DNA of 55,831 bases from Tubiluchus corallicola (lineage: Eukaryota > Animalia > Priapulida): positions 1-55,831 of the forward strand of contig JAQGDQ010002420.1 of assembly GCA_030141605.1 (NCBI GenBank). Direction: 5' to 3'. This document shows positions 40,189-50,611 of the stretch, one piece after another (positions within the stretch are counted from its first letter, which is position 1; every line of letters starts with the position of its first letter). The notes beneath the pieces were generated by a model. It saw only the letters and a program-made list of their open reading frames with translations. It was not told the DNA's origin and searched no databases. Both the position numbers and the translations under genes were made by a program.

Positions 40189-41157
40189 ATGGCTGATCTT
40201 TCTGTGGATTTTTTAGGGTTTAAGTTTTCAAACCCATTGATAGTGGGCAGCTCTCCACTGACATCTACTTTGGACAACATTAGGGAGATTTGTGACAAAA
40301 ATGCAGGTGCTTTGGTGCTGAAGTCCCTTTTTGAAGAGGAACTTCGTGACAACAGCTTTGCAGCAACCTATGATCATCCAGAATCCTATGACATGCATTA
40401 CCTAGATGCCCACCTCCATTATGGTTCTAAAAATTATCTCAAATTTGTGGAAGACGTGAAAAAGATATCGAGCGTCCCCACATTTGCGAGCATCAACTGC
40501 CTTGAGGGCAAGTGGTGGGCTCAATACGGGGTAGACATAGAAAATGCAGGCGCAGACGCCGTTGAGATGAATATATCTTACTTCTCATTCAGCAACAAGA
40601 TCAACAGCTCAGATGTGGAGCGGTTCTATGTGGATACGGTTCATAAAGTGAAAGAAAGTATAAATATCCCGCTCTTGGTGAAGATCGGCAACTGGTTCCC
40701 CTCTTTGCCAAATTTTGTATCAAAGTTGGAAAAAGCCGGAGCAGATGGCGTCACTCTGTTCAACAGATACTACAATGTATCCTATGACATAGAGACTATG
40801 GACTTCACAACGCTCAATCCCCAAAGTCACAGTGATGAACACGCCTCATCATTCAGATGGATAGGCACAATAAGCCCTCAGACCAATATTGACCTTTGCG
40901 GTTCATCCGGCATTCACAGTGCAGAATCCGTCATCAAGATACTCCTTGCAGGTGGAAAAGCCGCACAGATAACCACTATCCTATATCAGAAGGGGTTTGA
41001 AGCTATCCCTGAAATACTCAGAGACATAAATAGTTGGTTGGATAACAAAGGCTACGCCTCTGCATCGGAGATAATAGGCCACATAACTAGGAATAGGGTC
41101 GAAGATATCAAGAATTTTGAAAGGACGCAGTACGTCAAGACTATTCAAAACCGTTAA
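40189..41157 (+). CDS. Dihydroorotate dehydrogenase-like FMN oxidoreductase
   Basis: NPLIVGSSPLT, GALVLKSLFEE, ASINC, EMNI, LFNRYY. Confidence 0.8.
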   Translation: MADLSVDFLGFKFSNPLIVGSSPLTSTLDNIREICDKNAGALVLKSLFEEELRDNSFAATYDHPESYDMHYLDAHLHYGSKNYLKFVEDVKKISSVPTFASINCLEGKWWAQYGVDIENAGADAVEMNISYFSFSNKINSSDVERFYVDTVHKVKESINIPLLVKIGNWFPSLPNFVSKLEKAGADGVTLFNRYYNVSYDIETMDFTTLNPQSHSDEHASSFRWIGTISPQTNIDLCGSSGIHSAESVIKILLAGGKAAQITTILYQKGFEAIPEILRDINSWLDNKGYASASEIIGHITRNRVEDIKNFERTQYVKTIQNR

Positions 41158-41196
41158 CCTGTATCAGCTACCCGCTCAAGTTTGCGTTGTCTGCGT

Positions 41197-42479
41197 TTAT
41201 CCAAGCTTGTTCGGCAAATACAAAGATATCTGAGGCACAAATGTCACGAGTAACAGCACTAGAAACATAACGAACACCATCGGCAATATCTCTCTGATTA
41301 CGGATGACAGCTTTGTTCCGGATATGCCCGACGTCACAAACAGCAACATGCCGAATGGCGGGGTGGAAAGCCCTATCATCATATTCAAGGTCAGAACCAC
41401 TCCGAAATGCACAAGGTCAATATCCAAAGCAATAGCTGCTGGCAACACTATGGGTATAAATATCAGCTGCAATACAGACGTGTCTAAGAGCATCCCCAGT
41501 ATGATGAAGATGATATTGACTATGATAAAGAATAGTATTTTGCTATTGATATTTTCCAGCATAAAGTCTGAAATAAGGTAAGGTATTCTTTCATTTGCCA
41601 CTATATATGAAATTACGGCGGCAGCACCTATGATTATAGCCACAGTTCCCGTCATACGCACTGTTTCTACCATGATGCTGATCAAGGACTTAAGGTCAAG
41701 TACCCGGTAAACGATGTATGAAATGCCCAAGGCATAAAGAGCAGCTACAGCTCCAGCCTCTGTAGGAGTAAACTTACCACTGTACAAACCCGTAAGCAAT
41801 ATTACCGGCGTGAGTAATGCGGGGAATGACTTGAAGGTAAACAACAAAAATTCGGTAAAGGCATACCTTTTGCCATAAGGGTATTTTCTCCGCTGAGAAA
41901 CTATATAGACATACGTCATGAGGAAGGCGCATAACAAAATTCCCGGTACCATACCGGCAATGAAGAGTGCGCCTACGGATGTCCCCGATAACATGGCATA
42001 TATAACCATAGGTATGCTCGGTGGAAATATGGGGCCAATGGTGGCAGAAGCTGATGTGACAGCACAAGCAAAAGCCTCGTCGTATCCATCACTCTTCATC
42101 TGCTCTATCTCCATTTTTCCTAAACCTGAAGCATCCGCAATGGCAGAACCGGTCATACCGGAAAATATGAGAGATGCCAAAACATTTACATGGGCAGTAC
42201 CCCCACGCCATCTACCCACCAGAGATGTGGCAAAATCAAATATAATGTGTGTTATTCTCCCATTATTCATAACTTGTGCGGTAAATATAAACAACGGTAT
42301 AGCGAGCAAAACATACTGGGCGTGCAAAGTGGTGATCAGTTTAGATGGAACTATCGATATATCGGATCCAGAAGCTATAAAGTAGACAGTGGCTGACGCC
42401 ACCATTCCCAGAACAAGGGAGCTCTAATTACAAAAAGGAGCAGCAAAACCGCAACAAACAGCAAAAAGGCGAAACTCAT
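41197..42479 (-). CDS. dctM: TRAP large permease DctM (frameshift near 42415)
   Basis: GMTGSAIAD, GPIFPPS, TPPFG; hydrophobic N-terminus from ATG 42479 overlapping the dctQ stop. Confidence 0.92.
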
Positions 42480-42970
42480 TCTCTATCCCCTCCTCTCATA
42501 TTCTTCAGCTCAACACTTCTCCTAAACAGGTCTCGCGCGGAAAAGAACAGGATAAAGACGATATATGCAGTCACAATGCTAAACACAAGCGGGTAAGGTA
42601 TCCTCAGCACTGTGGATTTTCTCTTGTCAATGGACATCAAGAATTCAACACTGTAAGGGAGCAACACCAAAAACAGGAGCAAAATCAGACCATTGCTCAA
42701 GATGCACAATCGAAGTTGGTGTCTGCGGCTCAACGCATCGTAAAATGATGTAAAGGATACATCTTTGCCTTGAGAACGGGTCATAATAGCCCCGATAAAT
42801 ACAACCCAAATGTACGCAAAAGTCGTAATTTCGTACGTCCAGGGAACGTTAATGGAGGGGAAGAAGTGGCGCGCCACCACCTGAAGCACAAATACCAAAA
42901 ACAACAATGTAAACACAGCCACAGGAAGCCACTTTCCGCCTATAATTCCTAAAATGCGCCACATCTTCAC
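42476..42970 (-). CDS. dctQ: TRAP small permease DctQ
   Basis: QVVARHFF...WTYEI..AYIW; four TM segments. Confidence 0.88.
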   Translation of the reverse strand: MKMWRILGIIGGKWLPVAVFTLLFLVFVLQVVARHFFPSINVPWTYEITTFAYIWVVFIGAIMTRSQGKDVSFTSFYDALSRRHQLRLCILSNGLILLLFLVLLPYSVEFLMSIDKRKSTVLRIPYPLVFSIVTAYIVFILFFSARDLFRRSVELKNMRGGDRE

Positions 42971-43011
42971 ATCAACCCCCCTATTTTAACAAAAAGCAGG
43001 ACAAACTTACA

Positions 43012-44016
43012 TTATCTGCCTACAGCTTGAACTTGTTCGTACAGTTTCTTATCCCAGGACGATACGATAGCCTCGTTTTGTAAGTACACGCTTTGGACAT
43101 GCTTGCTAAAAGCATCCACGTCCGGTTTATAAACTGACAAGCCTTCATCTTCAAAGAAGCGTATAAGCTCAGCCTCTCCATCCTTTGTAACACCGTCTGC
43201 AACCTCTCTACCCTTTTGGGCGGCAATCAATACCCACTCCTGTTGTTCAGCAGTCAAGCTGCTCCACCTCTCCTCATTCATAACTGGCCAAACAGAATCC
43301 ACCAAATGGTTTGTCAGAGTAATGCTCTTTGTCACTTCATAAAATTTTGCATTTTTAATGGTGGGCAATGGGTTATCCTGACCATCAATGATCCCCTGCT
43401 GAAGGGCAACATACAACTCATTGAATGGTATAGGTATGGCTCTTGCCCCCAGAGCATTCCCCAAGAACAGCCACGCTTCAGAATCCGGCATGCGCAAGTT
43501 TATTCCACTTAGATCTTCCGGTGTTTTAATGGCCTTGTCGACGCGCAAATTAATCTGCCTTGCTCCAAGGTACCACGCTCCAAGGGGTCTTGTGCCGGTC
43601 TCTTCCGCAATATCTTGGAAGATAGCTTTGCCTATTTCACCATTGAAGGTACTTGTCATGTGCTCGTAATCACGAAACATATAGCCTGCAGCAAACATGG
43701 ACACGTAAGGAACATAATCCGCATACCACTGAGCTGAAAGATCCACAACCATATCTATATTGCCCCGCTGCAAAGCAGGAAACATGTCACTCTGACCGAA
43801 AAGGGAGCCTGAATCGTGTATCTCAACCTTCATGGAGCCATCACTCAACCTTTCTAGCTCTTCCCCAAAAGCTCTCAAACCCTTATTGTGAGGATCTTGC
43901 GCGACAGAAGCGGTCGCAGCTTTGAGGACAATCACATCCCTATCACTATCCTTTTTGCAAGCCCCAACTAAGGAAGATGCAAATACTATCGCCAACAACA
44001 GATAAATTCTTTTCAT
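43012..44016 (-). CDS. dctP: TRAP substrate-binding lipoprotein, SiaP-like
   Basis: Lipobox-like LVGAC; YLGARQ, DLSGINLRMP, ELYVALQQGIIDGQDNPL, KFYEV. Confidence 0.9.
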   Translation of the reverse strand: MKRIYLLLAIVFASSLVGACKKDSDRDVIVLKAATASVAQDPHNKGLRAFGEELERLSDGSMKVEIHDSGSLFGQSDMFPALQRGNIDMVVDLSAQWYADYVPYVSMFAAGYMFRDYEHMTSTFNGEIGKAIFQDIAEETGTRPLGAWYLGARQINLRVDKAIKTPEDLSGINLRMPDSEAWLFLGNALGARAIPIPFNELYVALQQGIIDGQDNPLPTIKNAKFYEVTKSITLTNHLVDSVWPVMNEERWSSLTAEQQEWVLIAAQKGREVADGVTKDGEAELIRFFEDEGLSVYKPDVDAFSKHVQSVYLQNEAIVSSWDKKLYEQVQAVGR

Positions 44017-44110
44017 ATCATCCCTCCAGCGGTTAAAACCACCATATTTTCATCACTCAAAGATACAGCCACAAGCTTGAGTTAAGGACCTGCCCAAACT
44101 GGATACATCC

Positions 44111-44869
44111 TCAACCGCCGCCGCTCCACAAAGCAGACATCCTATCTGCAAACTCTATCACATCGGATGCAATCGCGGGAGTTTTTTCCTCATCAAATCT
44201 CTGATCTAAAAAACTCACGCTAATAGCTCCAAAAACACGCCCTTTCTCATTGCGCACAGGAGCTGCAACACATCTCAGATAGTTTTCATGCTCCATGTTA
44301 TCGACGGCATAACCCTGCTCGTAAATATTATTCAGCTCCCGTTTCAGAAGATGCGGCTCAACTATAGTCATCTCAGTATAACGGGGCAAGCCATTTTGAA
44401 TGATCTCATCAATCTTTGCATCATCCTGAAAAGCGAGAACAGCCTTACCAAGTCCAGTGCAATGCAACGGTGCGCGCACCCCTATCACAGAGTGAGACCT
44501 CAAAGCCCTTGCAGCCTCTACACAAGATATGTAGAGCACCTTGTCATGGCTCAATATTCCCATATGTGCTGTTTCATTAAACCGCTCCTGAAGAAGTCTG
44601 AGAATTTCCGTACTCTTGCCAACAGTATCAGAAAAATCTAGGATATCACCCTGAAAACCTAAAAACGCACAACCCAAGCAGTATTTTTTACTCTTTGGAT
44701 CTTTAAAAATAAAAAAATCGTTTTCAAGAGTCCTGATTATGGAGTAGGCAGTGCTCTTAGGGATCCTCAATCTGTTACATATGTCCAAAAAGGAGAGCCC
44801 ACCCTCATGCTGAAGAAGATATAACACACTCAATGCCTTGCTGACAGTATTATTCAAAGAATCCCCCAT
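44111..44869 (-). CDS. IclR-family transcriptional regulator
   Basis: HTH IPKSTAYSII; PLHCTGLGKA; GYAVDNMEH..RCVAAPV. Confidence 0.93.
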   Translation of the reverse strand: MGDSLNNTVSKALSVLYLLQHEGGLSFLDICNRLRIPKSTAYSIIRTLENDFFIFKDPKSKKYCLGCAFLGFQGDILDFSDTVGKSTEILRLLQERFNETAHMGILSHDKVLYISCVEAARALRSHSVIGVRAPLHCTGLGKAVLAFQDDAKIDEIIQNGLPRYTEMTIVEPHLLKRELNNIYEQGYAVDNMEHENYLRCVAAPVRNEKGRVFGAISVSFLDQRFDEEKTPAIASDVIEFADRMSALWSGGG

Positions 44870-44886
44870 CGCCAAATATGGATTTA

Positions 44887-45024
44887 GTTCATATATAAAA
44901 ACCGAAGCACACCACATGCTAACACATAATCACACAATATCAATAGAAAAAACTTTATTCAGCAAACAATAGATGGTACTATTGGCAGAAGGGTGCGAAT
45001 ATTTAGTTGTTCGTATATAGAAAC
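44887..45024. promoter_or_regulatory. Two candidate IclR operators
   Basis: GTTCATATATAAAAAC (44887-44902) and GTTCGTATATAGAAAC (45009-45024), each just upstream of a divergent start codon. Confidence 0.65.
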
Positions 45025-45035
45025 TACAGAGGTTA

Positions 45036-45947
45036 ATGATGAAAACTTTATATGGTGTTACGGCAGCGTTGACGACGCTATTTGATGAAAGAGGTGATAT
45101 TGATGAAAGCGCCATGCTGAATCAAGCGAGACATATTCTTTCAAGGGGAGCTCACTGTCTATTTCTGTGTGGCACTACTGGGGAGATGCACCATCTCACT
45201 ATTTTTGAGAGGAAGAGAATTGTAGAGATTATAGTTGAAGAAGCTCGCAAAATAGACAGCAACATCCCGATTTATGTACATTCAGGCTCCATGCTTTACA
45301 GTGACACGGTGGCTCTGAGCAGACATGCGCTCGAAGTGGGAGCCGACGGCATCAGCATCGTGACCCCGTCATATTTTCATGTATCTGACTCTGATATGAT
45401 ACGCTACTATACGGACATCGCAAATGATTTGCCGTCCGATTTTCCGATTTATCTATACAGCATACCCCAACTTGCGGGGAATAGCATCACCCCCCAAGTA
45501 GCTGAGACGCTCGCTGAGAATAATCCAAACATTGTGGGAATCAAGTATAGTTATCCGGATTTTGCTTATCTTCAACAATATAAGAACATCAAAGATGGCA
45601 ATTTTTCCGTTCTCATGGGAGCAGACACACTAATCACAGCCGTTTTGAGCATGGGGGCATCCGGGGTTGTATCCGGCTTGTCTTGCGCTTATCCAGACAC
45701 ATTTGTAAAAGCATGATGCGTTTACTAAGGGCGACTTAAAGAGTTCTCTCCACCACAAAAGGCGGGATTTGAACTAGGCAAAATACTGGAAGACGGTCGC
45801 AGGGCAGCCATATTCAAGGCTGCTCAGAACTACCTAGGAGTAAAGAATAGAGGATTTAGATCACCGCTCAGACCCATCTCAGCGGAAGAAGAGGAAAGAC
45901 TCATTCTCAACCTTCAGCAGTGGGAAGAAGAGTATAATGTTCAGTAA
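45036..45947 (+). CDS. NanA/DapA-family pyruvate-dependent aldolase (indels near 45713 and 45755)
   Basis: CGTTGE, YLYSIPQ, IVGIKYS; shifted C-terminus FKAA..YLG...FRSPLRP ending at TAA 45945-45947. Confidence 0.85.
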
Positions 45948-45977
45948 TTTCATCGTTTGAAACAAACACCACTCCCC

Positions 45978-46021
45978 TTTTTATAGGGCGCCTAGAAATA
46001 TCTAGCCGCCCTATTTTTTTT
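45978..46021. terminator. Intrinsic terminator between convergent genes
   Basis: ATAGGGCG-c-CTAGA aata TCTAG-c-CGCCCTAT followed by T-run. Confidence 0.85.
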
Positions 46022-46054
46022 ATCTACTATTCTGTCTATGTTGGGTGTTTTGCT

Positions 46055-47689
46055 TTAACCTGCCAAGTACACCTTCATATTTTGGGTCAACGCCTGGGAC
46101 ACAAACGCTTCCACAACGGCATCTATTTTATCTTCATCCACATATGCCACGGTAATATGATTGCTCTGGTGCCCTGCCATTAATTGATCGCGGCTAACGC
46201 CATCCAATATGACATTCATCAAGGGCCATTCCTTTGTAGTTGCGTTCAAACGGCGGTTAACCTCATCTTCAGGCAGTTCATAAGCCTTGCCAGTTCCCAC
46301 ATGCATGTGCACTTCCAATCCTTCATAATGGGCTCTTGCCCAAATAAATGATCCCGCCTTACACTGTCCACCTATGGTGGAGCCTCCATTCGGGAAGTAC
46401 ATAGCGGGCTGACGATAACCCTTTGCCCCTGAAATGCCACCCTTGATATGCTCAAACGGGACATTGCCGGAGATCAGAAAATCCCAATAGAACTGTCCGT
46501 CATACTCGCTTCCCCAACGGATGTCGTGCAGAGTGGTCTCAGAGGGCAATGACAGAGTATCGAGCAAGCGGAAAAGCATAGTTTGAGGAATAGCCGTCCC
46601 CATATCAACTTCGTTAGCGCAAGGTATAGGCTTGCCGGGGCGAATAATCTCACCATTCTCGTCCTTAATAGGGTAACGCTCACTACTTCCTATGGCGCCT
46701 TCTGCAAAATCCGAGGCAGGGCAAACATCTTTCAAGCCCTGCTGATATTGGACACCCACAGTGCTCAAGCCAAAGCGCTGAGTAAATCTCGCCATGGCAA
46801 TCATCATAGCGCACTGTTCTAACACCTGCTCTTTGGTCAGTTCCGTCGAGTGGTCAGTGCCAAATTTAAAATCCATACCCCTATCGGTGTAAAAACGCAA
46901 ACACTCTTCCCTCTCCTCTTGTTTCACCAAAGACATTTCATAAACAAGAGCTGACTGGGATAAAGCTTCTAAAGGCATGCCGATATCATACAGCGATTTT
47001 ATGGGGAACAGTCCATTTACCATTCCCATGCAAAACATGTCGAACAAACCGATAATCTCTTTATCCCTTAGAATTTTTTTGCCAAGCTTCACTCCCAACT
47101 TTCCAGCATCCGTGGCATACACCTCTTTTACCTCTTTGAGGTATGACACGTCATGATTGATAAAACCATCAGTGAGCCACTTTTCCAGCGAATTATAGAA
47201 AAAATCGTCGTCAAAGTTTTCAGACCACAATCTGGAGTAGCTTCTATCCATGGAGGTTAAAGTACCCGCCAGATTCAACATACCCACAAGACCAGGCCAC
47301 GTACCGTCAAAATTTGTCAAGAGTAGAATAGGCCCCCTGTGGGTCATCAATGATGGAGCCAGATGATGAGAATATTGCCACGCCGTTAGCAGTACTATAA
47401 GTGGCGCCTCAGGATCTACATGGCTCAATATGCCCACACCCTCAGATTGACTAGAGATAAAGCCGTGCCCTACAGAATCCTTCACATTGTGCACCCGTAC
47501 AGCTTTGTAGTCAAACCTATCTTCAAGAACTTTGTGCAGTTTCTGCTCAAACTTTTGCTGGACAGCCCAACAGTTTTTATTTGCGCTCTCCCTCAAGTCT
47601 CCATTTGTGATCAGGAATACCTCTTTTTCGGATGACAATGTCAAGTAGTTTATATCCGAAACCTGTGAAATAGCTTGCTGAATGTTCAT
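46055..47689 (-). CDS. L-fucose/D-arabinose isomerase-like protein
   Basis: NGDLRESAN, WQYSHH, WPGLVG.LNL, CANEVD, SNH motifs of FucI-like proteins; next to a pentulose kinase. Confidence 0.68.
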   Translation of the reverse strand: MNIQQAISQVSDINYLTLSSEKEVFLITNGDLRESANKNCWAVQQKFEQKLHKVLEDRFDYKAVRVHNVKDSVGHGFISSQSEGVGILSHVDPEAPLIVLLTAWQYSHHLAPSLMTHRGPILLLTNFDGTWPGLVGMLNLAGTLTSMDRSYSRLWSENFDDDFFYNSLEKWLTDGFINHDVSYLKEVKEVYATDAGKLGVKLGKKILRDKEIIGLFDMFCMGMVNGLFPIKSLYDIGMPLEALSQSALVYEMSLVKQEEREECLRFYTDRGMDFKFGTDHSTELTKEQVLEQCAMMIAMARFTQRFGLSTVGVQYQQGLKDVCPASDFAEGAIGSSERYPIKDENGEIIRPGKPIPCANEVDMGTAIPQTMLFRLLDTLSLPSETTLHDIRWGSEYDGQFYWDFLISGNVPFEHIKGGISGAKGYRQPAMYFPNGGSTIGGQCKAGSFIWARAHYEGLEVHMHVGTGKAYELPEDEVNRRLNATTKEWPLMNVILDGVSRDQLMAGHQSNHITVAYVDEDKIDAVVEAFVSQALTQNMKVYLAG

Positions 47690-47712
47690 AACGATACTTA
47701 CCTCCCGCAATA

Positions 47713-49299
47713 TTATTTATTCATAATGCTCTTATAAGCCAGTTGATGCTTATACATTTCGTGAAATACTTCATATTTCTTTTGATGAAAATCGGCATTC
47801 TCTTTACGAGGAGTAATCTTGTCGCCGATGGATGACATCCTCTCGATAGCGTCAAACAGTGTTGAGTACACCCCTGCCGCAGTTGCAGCGAGCATTGCGC
47901 TGCCCAAAAGGACGGCCTCACTCTCAAGGCTCAGATAGAGCGGCAAACCGACGGCATCAGCATGTTCTCTCAGCCATATGGGGTTTTTTGTCCCCCCTCC
48001 GCACATATGGATCTTTTCTATGGCAAAGCCGGACTTATTCATTTCATCGATTATGTGACGAGTACCGTATGCAACAGACTGGATAGCAGCCAAATAGTGA
48101 ATTGATAAAGAATCTTTTCCCTTATCCATACTTAAGCCCGACATCATGCCTCTCAAGTGAGGGTTCGCCCTTGGCGAGCGGTTGCCATGAAAATAACCGA
48201 GCACATGAACCTGTTCGGTCAAATATGGATTGCTCTCCTCCAACAATAGAACATGCTCGTTCAGCACTTCATATATCGTCTTGCCCTCACCTGTCGCTTC
48301 TTTAACGAGCGTGGGATAATATGGATGGCTCTCTATGACCTGCTCCACCAGAGCTCCAGCGGTAGTTTGCCCCCCTTCAGCCAGCCAATAGCCGGGCAGC
48401 ATCGCCCCGTAATAGGGGCCCCACACACCGGGTACAAATAATTTTTCAAGGTTGACCGCCATATGGCACGCAGAGGTGCCTCCGATAATTCCAAGGGTTT
48501 TCTCGGGCTCTTTCCCTATAATTCCTATTCCACCTGCATGGGCATCTATGATGCCCACCGCGACAACCACATTCTCCGTCAGAGAAAAATGCTCCGCAGC
48601 TTCAGCACTCAAAGTGCCTGCCGCGTCACCCAAAGGGGCAATATTCTTTCCTATTTTATCTTCATTTAACAGATCTTCAAGGTCGAGCTGCTTAAAGAGA
48701 TCTTCCTGCCAACCTCCCTCACGCTCGAGATATGTCCATTTGCAAGTTGTGGTGCATATGCTCCGAACATCCACACCGCTCGACCTATAGACAAGAAAGT
48801 CCGCCAAATCAAAGAAACGATGTACCCTTCTGTAGGAATCTGGCTTGTTATTTTTCAACCAGGATATCTTGGGCAACTCCATCTCGACACTGACCTGCCC
48901 ACCCACATAATCCAGCACCTTGTGGCCTGTGCTATTAATAATTTCAGCCTCTTCAAAAGCCCTGTGATCCATCCACAGAACCACATTCCAACGATCATTA
49001 TCATCCAAAGACACACTCACCGGAGCATCACTATAATCTAGGGCAACCAAAGAGCAAGTTGCATCAAAGCCGATACCGACAACATCCTCAGCACAAATGC
49101 CAGCCTCCTTGACGACAGAAGAAACCACTAATCCAGTCTTCTGCCAAATATCTTCAGAAGACTGTTCATAAAATAGAGGTCTCGCATTATTGATGAGAAT
49201 CGGCTCAACCTTTAATCCATACCGAACACCATCCAAATCATAAAGCCCAGCGCGAACGCTGGATGTCCCCACATCAACACCTACAACATATCGCTTCAT
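47713..49299 (-). CDS. FGGY pentulose kinase, D-ribulokinase type
   Basis: GVDVGTSS, GIGFDATCSLV, WMDHRA, IDAHAG, GTSACH, VPGVWGPY, FHGNRSP. Confidence 0.9.
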   Translation of the reverse strand: MKRYVVGVDVGTSSVRAGLYDLDGVRYGLKVEPILINNARPLFYEQSSEDIWQKTGLVVSSVVKEAGICAEDVVGIGFDATCSLVALDYSDAPVSVSLDDNDRWNVVLWMDHRAFEEAEIINSTGHKVLDYVGGQVSVEMELPKISWLKNNKPDSYRRVHRFFDLADFLVYRSSGVDVRSICTTTCKWTYLEREGGWQEDLFKQLDLEDLLNEDKIGKNIAPLGDAAGTLSAEAAEHFSLTENVVVAVGIIDAHAGGIGIIGKEPEKTLGIIGGTSACHMAVNLEKLFVPGVWGPYYGAMLPGYWLAEGGQTTAGALVEQVIESHPYYPTLVKEATGEGKTIYEVLNEHVLLLEESNPYLTEQVHVLGYFHGNRSPRANPHLRGMMSGLSMDKGKDSLSIHYLAAIQSVAYGTRHIIDEMNKSGFAIEKIHMCGGGTKNPIWLREHADAVGLPLYLSLESEAVLLGSAMLAATAAGVYSTLFDAIERMSSIGDKITPRKENADFHQKKYEVFHEMYKHQLAYKSIMNK

Positions 49300-49601
49300 C
49301 CACAACCCCCTTAAAGACACTCACCACTTAACTAATTAAGTAGACAATCCAAAGAGACTATTGTCAACAATTTTTCACATGTGGCAGAAAATTGCATAAT
49401 CGATCACCACTCGGCATTGACGCGCATATAATACGCAATCGCACAAAAACTGAAACTAAACTAAATATTTGCTGAAAACACAACGATAATCTGGACCAAC
49501 TTGACGCAAAATGAGGTGTATGAAGATATACATGAAGATGGCTCGTGCGAAGAAAAACTGCAAAACACAGCCCTTCTCACACAAGCCAGCCTAGTTCGAG
49601 A

Positions 49602-50012
49602 TTATTCATCACACATCATATATAAGCTCCTGTTAGAAGGACTATAGCTACCAACATAAACCTCATACCCATCAGTCGTACAACCTTCACGACTAGCTTG
49701 CAGATAATAAGTGCCAGAATATAAGCTAGTAAACATATAACGCCCAAGATCGTCTGTGATACCCTCCCTGATGACTTCACCACCAGACAAAAGTTCCACT
49801 TTCGCCCCCTCAATCAACCCAACATACGACCCTGGTGCAACAATTTGCATTACGTAACCAAAAAGAGCATAATTTCCACCATCTCCGCCATCAATAGGTG
49901 GAAGAGTGCCACCTCCGCCATCAACAACACCGCCATCACCAGACGAACCGCATGACACCAAACCAAAAATAAGCAGAACCGCAAAGACCTTCAAAATCCA
50001 GATCTTCTTCAT
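49602..50012 (-). CDS. Lipoprotein with Gly-rich linker and carboxypeptidase-regulatory-like beta domain (copy 1)
   Basis: GGAGG RBS; LVSC lipobox; GAKVEL..TDDLGRY.F..L..GTY.L.AS. Confidence 0.8.
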   Translation of the reverse strand: MKKIWILKVFAVLLIFGLVSCGSSGDGGVVDGGGGTLPPIDGGDGGNYALFGYVMQIVAPGSYVGLIEGAKVELLSGGEVIREGITDDLGRYMFTSLYSGTYYLQASREGCTTDGYEVYVGSYSPSNRSLYMMCDE

Positions 50013-50221
50013 GAAACAATGCCTCCACATGATTGACCGTAACAAACTGTTAAACGGCAGCATAGTTTTGCAGAATATAACAGCGACACCGATAGATAAT
50101 AAGTATTACTTACGCCCACCATGGACGGTATTTATAATAATCACCACCCAATTATAGCGCCGCTGCAAATAACAATGCACCAAAACACAGCCCTTCTCAC
50201 ACAAGCCAGCCTAGTTCGAGA

Positions 50222-50611
50222 TTATTGAATACACTCTAGAGGTAGAGGAAGGCCACTGAGACTTTGGACAACTGGAAATGCACTTTCATAAGTCGTACAA
50301 CCTTCCGCACTAACTCTCAGAGTATAAACGTCAGACTCTAGATTAGAGAGCATATAACTCCCATCACTTTCTGAGATAGACAAACTGACAACTTTATCAC
50401 CAGACAAAAGTTCCACTCTCGCACCAGAAATCGCCCCAATAAGATCACCTGTAACAGCATCAACTCCTGCTACCTTGCCAGAAATGGAATACCCACTTCC
50501 GCCACCACCAGGTGGAAGAGTACCACCTCCGCCATCACCAGACGAACCGCATGACACCAAACCAAAAATAAGCAGAACCGCAAAGACCTTCAAAATCCAA
50601 ACCTTCTTCAT
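50222..50611 (-). CDS. Lipoprotein with Gly-rich linker and carboxypeptidase-regulatory-like beta domain (copy 2)
   Basis: GGAGG RBS; LVSC lipobox; ISGKV..ISGARVEL..SDGSY.L..L...YTL.VS. Confidence 0.8.
   Translation of the reverse strand: MKKVWILKVFAVLLIFGLVSCGSSGDGGGGTLPPGGGGSGYSISGKVAGVDAVTGDLIGAISGARVELLSGDKVVSLSISESDGSYMLSNLESDVYTLRVSAEGCTTYESAFPVVQSLSGLPLPLECIQ

Noticed and set aside
45036-45947. Canonical nanA sialic acid operon or lysine-pathway dapA
   Set aside because: No nanE, nanK, nagA or dapB neighbours; the adjacent enzymes process a pentose
49561-49606. Integron attC sites after the lipoprotein genes
   Set aside because: No RYYYAAC/GTTRRRY ends, no long palindrome and no integrase
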